Shown here: piece by piece, positions 9,203 through 18,300 of the stretch
How the letters are laid out: the number at the start of each line of letters is the position of its first letter
Position numbering within the stretch: position 1 is the stretch's first letter
Assembly (NCBI GenBank): GCA_021324735.1
Contig: JAJPIO010000011.1
Span: 22,612-86,611 of the forward strand
Length of the DNA stretch: 64,000 bases
Origin: Bacteroidota bacterium
GTDB lineage: Bacteria > Bacteroidota > Ignavibacteria > Palsa-1295
Direction: 5' to 3'
Position numbers and translations under genes: made by a program
Notes under the pieces: generated by a model
What the model was told of the DNA's origin: nothing
Seen by the model: only the letters and a program-made list of their open reading frames with translations
Databases searched by the model: none

Positions 9203-10507
9203 ATGAACCTCAATCTTGGAAAATACTCACTCACATTAAAACGAACGAAGCCTCCGAGCGCACAAGAACGCGCGCAGGCAAGCAGTGTCGGGAGCGGCTT
9301 GTTGCCGTGGCCGCCAGGCGGCGTGCCGGCGGTCTATCCCTCGGCTCGCGAAGATCTCGTCGAAAATTTCCAGCAAATTCGCGAGACCGTTGCTATTTGC
9401 ATGCACGCTCGAAGCGAGGCGATCGGGCGAGGGAAATTTCATGCCCTCGACAGATCCGGTAACGGACCACGGGTAAAAGGTAACGGACCGCGGGTAAAGG
9501 GTAAGGATCCGGCTCAACTAAGCCTTTTCCCATCTCCCTTGTCTAGCGACCATCCTCTATCGAAGCTTCTCGCGAATCCGAATCCGCTCTTCGACATGAG
9601 CGATCTGCTCGAGCTGTCGAGCCAATGGCTCGATGCGACGGGCAATTCGATCTGGTTAAAGGTACGCGATGGCAACGGTACCGTCGTTGAGCTATGGCCC
9701 GCAAGCTCGCTTTCGTTCATCATCGATCGCGGCAACGACGGACTTCCGCTCTCGTACCGCTTCCTGCCTTCGAATACCATCATTCCGGCAAACGATGTCA
9801 TTCATATTCGGCGCCCGGATATTCGGATGAGCCCGTTCTTCGGTCACGGCGTAATTTCGGACATCCTCGATACTGCCAAAGCCGATACGGCGGTCCGTCT
9901 TTTTCAATCTCGATTTTTCGAGAACGACGCATGCCCACGAGCGGTGCTCCGCTGGCCGCCAGGGGCACTTATGACGCAGGACGAAATGGACCGACTTCGC
10001 AATGCATGGGAATCGAAATACGCCTCACCGGCGAACGCAGGGCGCATCGGAATACTGCCGGATGGCGGCGAAGTGCAGCTGCTCGGCTCCGGCGCGAAAG
10101 AGCTCGATTTCTCGCGCTCGAAAGAAGAGCTCCGCAATGCTATTCGCGAGGCGTTTCGCGTACCGAAAATATTTTTTGGCGATACCGATAATGTCAATCT
10201 TTCGAATGCGGAAACGAGCTATTCGGTCTTCATGCGCGATGTCGTCGATCACGCGCTTGCCAAACATGCGCAGGCGCTTACGCGCGGATTAGCCGCGGAA
10301 TTCGAATCACCCGATCGCCCGGCTGGAAATATCATCATCGAGCATGAATCGCTCGTGACCGAATCCGACGATCGATTCCTCGCTCGTGTAGCGGAGCTAA
10401 AACAAGCGATGACGATCGACGAACAGCGGGCCCTTGTGGGACTCACTCCGCTCTCCAATGGCCGCGGCAACGCCTTTATTCTTGGAAATCAGATCATTGC
10501 TCCATAA
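9203..10507 (+). CDS. Phage portal protein (HK97 family)
   Basis: LLANPNP, ATGNSIW, VIHIR, FFENDACP, ELDF, IREAFRVP, NLSNAE. Confidence 0.93.
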   Translation: MNLNLGKYSLTLKRTKPPSAQERAQASSVGSGLLPWPPGGVPAVYPSAREDLVENFQQIRETVAICMHARSEAIGRGKFHALDRSGNGPRVKGNGPRVKGKDPAQLSLFPSPLSSDHPLSKLLANPNPLFDMSDLLELSSQWLDATGNSIWLKVRDGNGTVVELWPASSLSFIIDRGNDGLPLSYRFLPSNTIIPANDVIHIRRPDIRMSPFFGHGVISDILDTAKADTAVRLFQSRFFENDACPRAVLRWPPGALMTQDEMDRLRNAWESKYASPANAGRIGILPDGGEVQLLGSGAKELDFSRSKEELRNAIREAFRVPKIFFGDTDNVNLSNAETSYSVFMRDVVDHALAKHAQALTRGLAAEFESPDRPAGNIIIEHESLVTESDDRFLARVAELKQAMTIDEQRALVGLTPLSNGRGNAFILGNQIIAP

Positions 10508-10508
10508 T

Positions 10509-11069
10509 ATGAATATCCTCCACAAACAACTGATCGCAACCTCGGTCGATACTGCGCCATTGCCACACTCCGTTCGCAAGGACGGCAACATGAACCCTCG
10601 TCAGCGGTGGCTAAAGATGGCGACCGGCGACGTCGACCGAGCCGGTGACATTATCGTGATCGCCGGAATCGAGGCGGATAACTTCCTTAAGAATCCCCAA
10701 TTCCTCTGGCAGCACGGCGCGTCCGGCTCGCTCATCAATACGATCGGCCGCATTCTACAATTAGTACAAGCCGAGAATGCGCTCTATGCTCTCGCCGAAT
10801 ATGCGTCCGCCGAGCTATCACCGCTTGCCGAACAAGTCTATCAAATGGATGTGGCTGGCCTGCTGCCTGCCAATTCGATCGGCTTTCGTCCGCTTGAATA
10901 CGAAGCGAATGAGTTCGGCGGATTCACTTTCACCAAATGGGAGCTCGTCGAATGCTCCAAAGTCGAACTGCCGATGAATCCAAATGCAGTGGACAACGGA
11001 GAGTGGAGAATGGAGAACTCTCTCTCTTCGGGTTCTGCAGATCTTGCAGTCGTTTGGCTGCTCCAATAA
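10509..11069 (+). CDS. Prohead protease (HK97 type)
   Basis: DRAGDII, FLWQH (His), NSIGF (Ser), ELVECS.V..PMNPNA; ATG just after the portal stop. Confidence 0.9.
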   Translation: MNILHKQLIATSVDTAPLPHSVRKDGNMNPRQRWLKMATGDVDRAGDIIVIAGIEADNFLKNPQFLWQHGASGSLINTIGRILQLVQAENALYALAEYASAELSPLAEQVYQMDVAGLLPANSIGFRPLEYEANEFGGFTFTKWELVECSKVELPMNPNAVDNGEWRMENSLSSGSADLAVVWLLQ

Positions 11070-11142
11070 ATGCGATACGTATCTGATAAGCAACGTATCC
11101 CAATTCTCCATTCACCACTCTCCATTCTTCATTTTTTTTATG

Positions 11143-11207
11143 AGCGTAAGCTAAAGCATACGCCTACGAATTCACCCCTACGAGCGTAAGCTGAAGCTTA
11201 CGACTAC
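11143..11207. repeat. Two tandem degenerate REP copies
   Basis: AGCGTAAGCTAAAGCATACGCCTAC and AGCGTAAGCTGAAGCTTACGACTAC between protease and capsid genes. Confidence 0.7.
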
Positions 11208-11231
11208 CACATTTCTCTTTAGTTTTTTCCA

Positions 11232-12497
11232 ATGAATATCAACGAACAAGACAACACCATCACCGCAACACGCGACGAATTCAATACCATCATCGACAAA
11301 GCGCTCGACCGAAAACTCAAGTCAATCCCGGATCGAAGCGCCATAACTGCGCTCAGTTCTAAGTCCTCAGTTCTTAGTTCTGAATCGGGAATATCTCCAT
11401 CACTCGGGAGCACTCAGGACTCAGCACTTAGCGCTAAGATTCAGAAGACATTTCGATTCTTCAATGCTGTAGCGCAGAACGATCATGCCACACTGCGATC
11501 GATCATGCAGAGTTACGAGCCGGAATACGTTCGTACACTTTCGCCGCAGGTCGAAGGAACGGCCTCTGCCGGTGGCTATCTCGTGCCACCGGAATTCTAC
11601 TCCGATGTTCTCTTCCTGCTGAACGAATACGGCTTCGCACGTAAGTATTGCGCGCAGATCCAAATGTCGTCGAACGTGCTGAATGTATCGACGCTCACCG
11701 GCAAGCCCTCCGTTTCGTGGGTAAGCGAGACCAGCACGATCCCAACCAGCAAAGGCACCTTCGGACGCCTCACGCTCACCGCGCAAAAGCTGGCAGCCAT
11801 CTATCCGATCTCTAACGAACTCCTGCAGGACGCGAATGTCGATGTCTACAATACGATTCTTCGCATCTTTGTCGAAGTTTTCGGCGCGGAGGAAGATACC
11901 CAGGTCTTCCGCGGCGTTGGCTCTCCGTTCACCGGCATTCTCAACACCGACGGAGTATCGACCACTTATTTAGGCGCAAGCTCGACCTCCGGTAAAACGA
12001 AATATACTGATATCACGCTCGACGATCTCATCAATCTCGTTCAGTCGATCGGTCCGGCGCAGCAGCGCGACGCCGTGCTCTTTGTCGAGCAAAACACGCT
12101 CACCGATCTTCTCAAGAAAAAGGATTCGCAGAGCCGCTACTTGTGGGATATTGCAACGTCGAACGACCCACAGATTAGTGGCGCGAATGGATTCAGCGCA
12201 ACGAACCTGAAATTCCACGGATATCCGGTGGTAGCGCTGCCAAACGGAGTTATCATCGAGAGTTATGATGGCTCGAGCCACCCGAGCACACCATTCGCAC
12301 TCTTCGGCAACCTCAAGACAGCCGGCTGTTGGCTTGGCTCGCGCGGCGGAATGGAAATGCGTATTTCCTACGACGCTTCCTCCGATAACATGAACGCCTT
12401 CACCAACGATCTGCAGCTTCTCCGTGTGACGGAACGCATTGCCTTTGGCGTCGGCCAGCCGGGATACCTTGCGGTGCTTTCAACGAGTGCGTCGTAA
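11232..12497 (+). CDS. Major capsid protein, HK97 fold
   Basis: GGYLVPPEF, WVSE, KLAA..PISNELLQDA, KKKDSQSRYLW, GYPVV, FGNL, AFTND..LRVTERI. Confidence 0.93.
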   Translation: MNINEQDNTITATRDEFNTIIDKALDRKLKSIPDRSAITALSSKSSVLSSESGISPSLGSTQDSALSAKIQKTFRFFNAVAQNDHATLRSIMQSYEPEYVRTLSPQVEGTASAGGYLVPPEFYSDVLFLLNEYGFARKYCAQIQMSSNVLNVSTLTGKPSVSWVSETSTIPTSKGTFGRLTLTAQKLAAIYPISNELLQDANVDVYNTILRIFVEVFGAEEDTQVFRGVGSPFTGILNTDGVSTTYLGASSTSGKTKYTDITLDDLINLVQSIGPAQQRDAVLFVEQNTLTDLLKKKDSQSRYLWDIATSNDPQISGANGFSATNLKFHGYPVVALPNGVIIESYDGSSHPSTPFALFGNLKTAGCWLGSRGGMEMRISYDASSDNMNAFTNDLQLLRVTERIAFGVGQPGYLAVLSTSAS

Positions 12498-12500
12498 CCT

Positions 12501-13082
12501 ATGCCTACTTTTACTTCTCCAGTGACCGTCGCCGATCTGCAGACGTATCTGCGAGACGTCTCGACGGACACGACCCTTCTCGGCTTTTACCAAACGCTGC
12601 TCGATACCGCGACCGAATCGGTCTACACCTGGCTCGACCGCGATTATACGGCGCTTGCAACGAAGACCGATCGCTTCTGGGGCGATGATACCGAGTTCTA
12701 CGCCCCGCATTATCCCGCGGGCAGCTTCGTGAGTTGGAGCTATATCGATATGAACGGCTTCGTCACCAGCCTCGACATTAGCGATCTCCTCATTCGAGCC
12801 AATGGCTATCTCGTGCAGGCAAAAACAAAGCGGTTCGTTTCGGGCGCAGAACATGCGATCACGTACAAGCAGCCCGCCACGCTCGTATGCCCGGAAACCG
12901 TAAAGCAGGTGATCGTCGAGATCGCAGCCCAGCTCTTCGATGAGAGCAATCAAGGCGCCGGCACACGCGGACTCTTATTGGCTACATCCAACGATGGCAT
13001 AAGCACCGATCGTGAGCGCTTCCTCGACCTCTCGGAGCGACACAAAGAAATGCTCCGGCCTTACAAACGCTATCCGGTCTAA
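12501..13082 (+). CDS. Head-tail connector/adaptor (gp6-like)
   Basis: Follows MCP; VTVADLQTYLR start, PETVKQVIVEIAA, C-terminal LRPYKR pattern. Confidence 0.7.
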   Translation: MPTFTSPVTVADLQTYLRDVSTDTTLLGFYQTLLDTATESVYTWLDRDYTALATKTDRFWGDDTEFYAPHYPAGSFVSWSYIDMNGFVTSLDISDLLIRANGYLVQAKTKRFVSGAEHAITYKQPATLVCPETVKQVIVEIAAQLFDESNQGAGTRGLLLATSNDGISTDRERFLDLSERHKEMLRPYKRYPV

Positions 13083-13163
13083 CAATGCTGAAGGATGGAT
13101 TATAAACGGCGAGAGAAGCTCTCACAACCGATCATAATTCATCCTTCCTAATTCGCAATTCCC

Positions 13164-13607
13164 ATGACAAGAGAACTTCTCTTCTTCAATAACTTCGAGA
13201 CACAATTTGGCGAGTTTAGCGGGTGGCGTTCGCTTGCCGAGCAACGCGGTGTGAAAGATCTTGCACCCGGCGATTATCCTGGCTTCGAGGTCACTCCGGG
13301 CGAAGCCCGATATACCGAATACGATACCTACGGACATCCCTATGGCGGCGAGCAGGATTTTACGCTTCGCATCGTCTTCGCGCATCCGCAGTGTGCATTC
13401 CAACCGGTGCGTACGATGCACGCGGAGTTCGTCTCGCTCGTCGAGCAGTTTTTTACCGGCGGATACATCTCGCCAACGCTCGATCTCAGCGATCGCGCGC
13501 GGATCAATGGTATCACACTGCTCAAGATCGAATCACCGGTCACGAATAAGATCGCCACGCATACCACCATCATTGTGCGAGCACAATACTCGTTCACATT
13601 AATATAA
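13164..13607 (+). CDS. Hypothetical virion protein (possible neck/tail-completion protein)
   Basis: Position after the connector, 147 aa, beta-rich; family not recognised. Confidence 0.55.
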   Translation: MTRELLFFNNFETQFGEFSGWRSLAEQRGVKDLAPGDYPGFEVTPGEARYTEYDTYGHPYGGEQDFTLRIVFAHPQCAFQPVRTMHAEFVSLVEQFFTGGYISPTLDLSDRARINGITLLKIESPVTNKIATHTTIIVRAQYSFTLI

Positions 13608-13743
13608 AACAGAAGACGGAGTGATGAATGGTGAGTGATGAACGGTGAATGATACTTTCCGGCGACGCCTATTTCAGCCTACCTTTACCCTTACCCTTTA
13701 CCCCATACCCTACTCTATCCTCTGTCATCTATCCACTACCCTG

Positions 13744-14178
13744 ATGACCAATCTCTTTCTTCGGTATCGCATGACCGATACCGACCCGTGGACCACATTT
13801 CCGGACATCACCAGCGCGTTTCCCGGTCAGCCTACGGGCAGCTTGCCGGTCTCTTCCACGACCATCGCAAGTGAGCCGCTTACCGTCGAGCCCGGCGCTG
13901 GTGGACAACTCTATCTCGAATTCCCTACCACCGACGACGACCATCTTGCCCTGCGGGTAACATGCCCGCCTATTCCTCTCGCGTTAGCAACGACGATCCT
14001 AACATTCCTCATGCAATATCGTCTTGCGCCATCGCATGAAGCAAAGCACGAGCGGTTCGGGCAAGGTGGCTTCATCAGTGCTTCACTTTCGCTCATCAAA
14101 GCGCAGGAGCGCAATGGCATGCTGCATTTGGAGTTTCGCCTTGTAGCAACGATGAACGATGCTCTAATCAACTTCTAA
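13744..14178 (+). CDS. Hypothetical phage-cluster protein
   Basis: ATG 13744 (MTNLFLRY); upstream extension to 13645 only translates a repeat tract; stop adjoins the SLT start. Confidence 0.6.
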   Translation: MTNLFLRYRMTDTDPWTTFPDITSAFPGQPTGSLPVSSTTIASEPLTVEPGAGGQLYLEFPTTDDDHLALRVTCPPIPLALATTILTFLMQYRLAPSHEAKHERFGQGGFISASLSLIKAQERNGMLHLEFRLVATMNDALINF

Positions 14179-14179
14179 T

Positions 14180-14794
14180 ATGCTCTATACTCTCTTATTA
14201 CTCGCACTCTCGCCCACCACGTCCGTCGAGCAAGCGGTACAACACGCTTTAGCAGCGGATTCCCTCGCAGCCCGGCAAACAATGCTCGTTCCTTTTCGCG
14301 AAGAGATCGACCGTGCGGCCGCAAAATACACACTGCCCTCTTCGCTTATTGCTGGTGTTATACAGGAAGAATCTCGCTTCGATGAATGGGCGACGAGAAG
14401 CGAACCCGGTTATCTCGCGAACAAACGCATTCGGCATGAAGCGATACGCTGGGCGCGCGTGCATCCCGGCAGCGCGACCGCACTCACCGAACTCAACGAT
14501 CGCTCCCGATCGTACGGCCTCATGCAGATCATGGGTGAGACCGCACGGCAGCAGGGCTGCTCAATGCGGTTCCTCGCTGAACTCTACATGCCCGACAGCG
14601 CTATCGATCACGGTGCGCGATTACTGAAACGCCTTATCCTTCGGTATCACGGCGATACACTTTCGGCTATCAGCGCGTATAACCAGGGCAGTGCACGTAA
14701 GCGGCGCGGCACATTCGCTAATGCTCGTTATGTCTATCGGGTAACCGTCGCATGGCGCGCGTACGATACTCTCTTCCGGAAAGGAGATGAGTAA
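14180..14794 (+). CDS. Lytic transglycosylase (SLT) with N-terminal signal-like segment; putative endolysin
   Basis: IQEESRF (catalytic Glu), SYGLMQIM, AYNQG; hydrophobic MLYTLLLLALS N-terminus. Confidence 0.9.
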   Translation: MLYTLLLLALSPTTSVEQAVQHALAADSLAARQTMLVPFREEIDRAAAKYTLPSSLIAGVIQEESRFDEWATRSEPGYLANKRIRHEAIRWARVHPGSATALTELNDRSRSYGLMQIMGETARQQGCSMRFLAELYMPDSAIDHGARLLKRLILRYHGDTLSAISAYNQGSARKRRGTFANARYVYRVTVAWRAYDTLFRKGDE

Positions 14795-15291
14795 TGCAGA
14801 TCAAATGGCAATATGCAGCAGCGCTCGTTGGCATTGCTTTCTTCATTGGTGTGCTGATCTCTTACAGAAGCTCTGCACCAACAACCAACGGCATCTCACA
14901 CGAGAAGCAAGTCTACCGGATGAGATTTGACACTGCGAAAACAACTGTGGCTGTGCCAGTGGGACGCATACGACTACGAGGACCGATGGCGCACAAACTG
15001 GCTGCTGATTCTACAACAAGCATCGCGTGCTTAGATACTATTCTGAGAATGGATACTACGGCCTTAGCGCCGGATACCCTCTCTGTTTGTTTTGCGCGAG
15101 ATACCTTCTCACTTCGGTTGGGCTTTAGCCCGAGGCAGAAAGAAGTATCGGTGCCGTATATCGCACACGATACATTCTACTCGCAGATCGATACGATCCG
15201 TATTGCCGGGGGAAGCTCGCGAGCGTGGTACGATGATGCGCTTATTATCATCCTTTCTATTGCCGCAGGAATAATTCTGGGACGGCTATAA
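14794..15291 (+). CDS. Membrane protein with N- and C-terminal hydrophobic helices (putative lysis accessory, spanin-like)
   Basis: TAATG coupling to SLT; TM YAAALVGIAFFIGVLISY and ALIIILSIAAGIILG. Confidence 0.6.
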   Translation: MQIKWQYAAALVGIAFFIGVLISYRSSAPTTNGISHEKQVYRMRFDTAKTTVAVPVGRIRLRGPMAHKLAADSTTSIACLDTILRMDTTALAPDTLSVCFARDTFSLRLGFSPRQKEVSVPYIAHDTFYSQIDTIRIAGGSSRAWYDDALIIILSIAAGIILGRL

Positions 15292-15315
15292 GAATGCGAT
15301 AAAAAGCATAGCCAT

Positions 15316-15364
15316 AAAAAGAGAACGGGTAACGAGCATATCACTCGTTACCCGCTTCTTATTT
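15316..15364. terminator. Bidirectional terminator between convergent genes
   Basis: CGGGTAACGAG/CTCGTTACCCG 11-bp stem with A-rich left and T-rich right flanks. Confidence 0.8.
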
Positions 15365-15378
15365 GCGTTACTTAACCT

Positions 15379-18300
15379 TTAATCCTTCTGCAGGATAAAC
15401 TTACGAATGACCGTATAACCGTTCATCGTAATGCGCGCGAAGTACGTGCCTTCGGACATATTCTGCGTCGGAATGGAGAGCGTATGTTCGCCCTTCTCCA
15501 TCGGGCCATTTGCAATCTGCGAAACCGAAGCACCGAGCAAGTCAACCACATCGACCGAGACGTTCGCTTCGAGGTTCGTCGTGAATTTCAGCGTAGCCGC
15601 ACTCGAGCCTTTATGTGCCGGATTCGGAATGACCTCGATGCCCTGCATCGGCTGTAGCTTGCCTTGCAACGCGATCATCATGATCGAATCCGAACATGTA
15701 AGATTGAGTCGGACTGGCACTACGTCGCCAGCCGATTGAGCAGACATGCTGCAACGACCAAAGTTTGGATCGGACTGGTTGAACGCCGATTGGCCAATGC
15801 TAACCGTACCTTGGTCAGTATTACTGATGGAAGGCACCATTGTAACTGTCGCAAGATCGGAATTCGCTGGAAGACCAGTATTGGGAATACCTGTAATCTT
15901 GATTACCATTGGTCCCGTCGCACTAGTCGATTGATCAGCTGCAGTTGCAACGCTTTGTATCGGCTTGTTCCTCGTTAAAATACCGGTTGGATACTGAAGC
16001 TGAATTGTGAGATCCGTCGCACCAGTACCTGCTGGTATCGGCTCAACATTAATGATTTTAAAGACCGCCTGTTGTACGCCATCCACTCTAATCGGCATTG
16101 CATTCGATGAAGCATCGAGTGCCAATCCAAGATGAATATTATACTGTGAGCCCGTCGTCACACCAATTAGATGCAGCGTCACTGTTCCGTGATCGGTATT
16201 GATAGTTAGTATATCGTTATCGCTACCGGTTGCATCGGGATTGTATTGTAAAGTGATCTGAATGGATTGACCACTGGTTAACGTGACGGGACCCGTAAAC
16301 CCGCTCAGTGAGAACTTACTTCCGCCTGCCAACGACACATTGTTAACGATCACGGTACCGTTATTCGCAGTTATCGTATAGGTCTTTTTCAATATCACAC
16401 AACGCGGTGTCGAGTAATTACTATCGAGCGGTTGCGGCCCGAGCGTAAATGTCGTCACCTGATGCGTCGAGCAATCGCGGAAGGTTACCGAATACGGCTC
16501 CGTGATCGTGCGGCCGCTGATATCTGTCAGTGTGATCGTGCCGGAAAGCGTCTGTCCAACAGTACCGGTAAAGTGTACTGTAAAGACCTGGTTACTGCCG
16601 GTATTGATCGTCACTGGAAGCGTCGGGCTTGCGAGGCTTACCCCACTACCAGCCGCGAAGGTCTGAATGATGAACGGCAAGCAATCGCCGCCATTAGCGA
16701 CCGTAAACGTGAGATCGGTATCGCCACACGGGTTAGCCGCGAGCGCCGTCGGAAGTACGTTGGAGACGATCGAAGGAGGCAATATTTTACCGATCACCGT
16801 GAAGGATGTGCTCGGCGCCTCTTGTCCGCCAGTGCTCGTAACCCCAAACGTGATCTGGTCGGTATCGCTAGCTCCGTTTACAGTAGTATCCGAAAGCGAT
16901 TGCGGCTTCAGACACACCGTAAAGTGCAGCGAGTCCTTTGCACGGATCGTATCATTGTCAAGCGTTACCCGGAACGCCGCATGGGTCGGTCCCGTCAGGA
17001 GCCGGATGAGGCCAGGCGTACACGAGGTATTCAGTATCGTACCGCGAATACAGTTCGAATCGCAATAGCGGATCGTGCCAAGAGCTAACGTGTCCGGTCC
17101 ACCGATTGAGGCGACTACACCGGTTATGCAATGTGCGTGCATACCAATGATCTGCGGTCCTTTGGTATCTTCCGCATACGTCAGGACGATACTTCCGGTG
17201 TTATCCTGATCGCTGCCCGTGCAGGAGCACGGAATATAGCGAATCGTGATCGCCGTATCGTGGCCAGGTTTGAGTGAGAACGGCAGCGTCGGTCCCGACA
17301 CCATTTGGAAATTCGAAGCGCCCGTCAACTGGATCTTCGTCAATGTGAGCGGCACGCAGACCGGGCTGATCTTTAGCGTTCGCGTTTGTGACGAATCACA
17401 GCAACTGACCCCTCCAAATTCGATCTTACTGGGGCTTACCGCCCCTTCATACGTAATAGCATTTTGAACATTGAATGAGACCGAGATAGAGGTATCAAAG
17501 TGTTCAACAGAGGCACACTGAGTACCAGTGGTCCCGACATTGAAATGGAATGTAAAGGTCGCGTTATGCTGTCCCGGATCACACTTGGGAATAAGTACCG
17601 GTATCTTGAGCAGATTATATGGTCCGATCTTGATCGGGAAGTGCAAGGGCGGCTTCGACCCAAGGCTATCGATCTGGAAGTAACTGCCCTGCGGACCTGT
17701 AACGTCGATACCTTGCAAGATAATGGTATCGCAGGTCGTATTGAGGAAGTAGACCGCTGAATCATGGATCGAGCAGCAGTCTTTTACATTCTCGTTGAAC
17801 CCTCGAAGTGTTACGCCAACCGTCGTCGTCGTTACACCGGTCACACTGAAGCTAGTCCCGACAAAGGTGGTATCGCATCGTGCTCGCACGTTAACACCAA
17901 TGCTGGGCGCTTGACCAGGCGTCCTTCGTAGAGTGCCAGCAAAGTACACGTGTACATCGGCGCAATCGCCAGGTCCTAAACGGAAGGGCGTTGACGGCGC
18001 AAGTAACTGGATGATACATTGATCGCCGGTAACATCGAATCCGTCGACCTGCATGTTTTCACAACAACTTTGATTACAGATCTGGAGGACGGTATCAAGC
18101 TGAGTACACGCTGGCTCTCGAATATTGATCTTATTCGGAACAGCAGTAATTTTCGATGCAACACCAGCGCCAGTCACGTGGACAATAGTATCTACCGGTA
18201 CGCCATTACGAGTAAAATGGAAATGGTAATCTGCCGCATCGGACGACGGTGTTGTCGGTCGATATTGAATATCGATCGACGTGCTAACTGGAAGCGACGG

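Larger units (their letters stand above)
3608..15291 (+). mobile_element. Phage-derived head-packaging-lysis cluster (GTA-like or domesticated prophage remnant)
   Basis: terL, portal, protease, MCP, connector, 2 unknown ORFs, SLT and a membrane protein in HK97 order; no integrase, replication or tail-length genes seen; flanked by host genes. Confidence 0.85.

Noticed and set aside
11232-12497. Encapsulin nanocompartment
   Set aside because: The HK97-fold gene comes with portal, protease and terminase, so it is a DNA-packaging head.
13645-13743. N-terminal extension of the 177-aa ORF
   Set aside because: It only translates a CCTTTAC-type repeat tract (FTLTLYPIPY); ATG 13744 is more plausible.
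3608-15291. Intact inducible prophage or cf-PICI satellite
   Set aside because: No integrase, repressor/AlpA, primase/replication, tape-measure genes or att repeats seen; both flanks are ordinary host genes.
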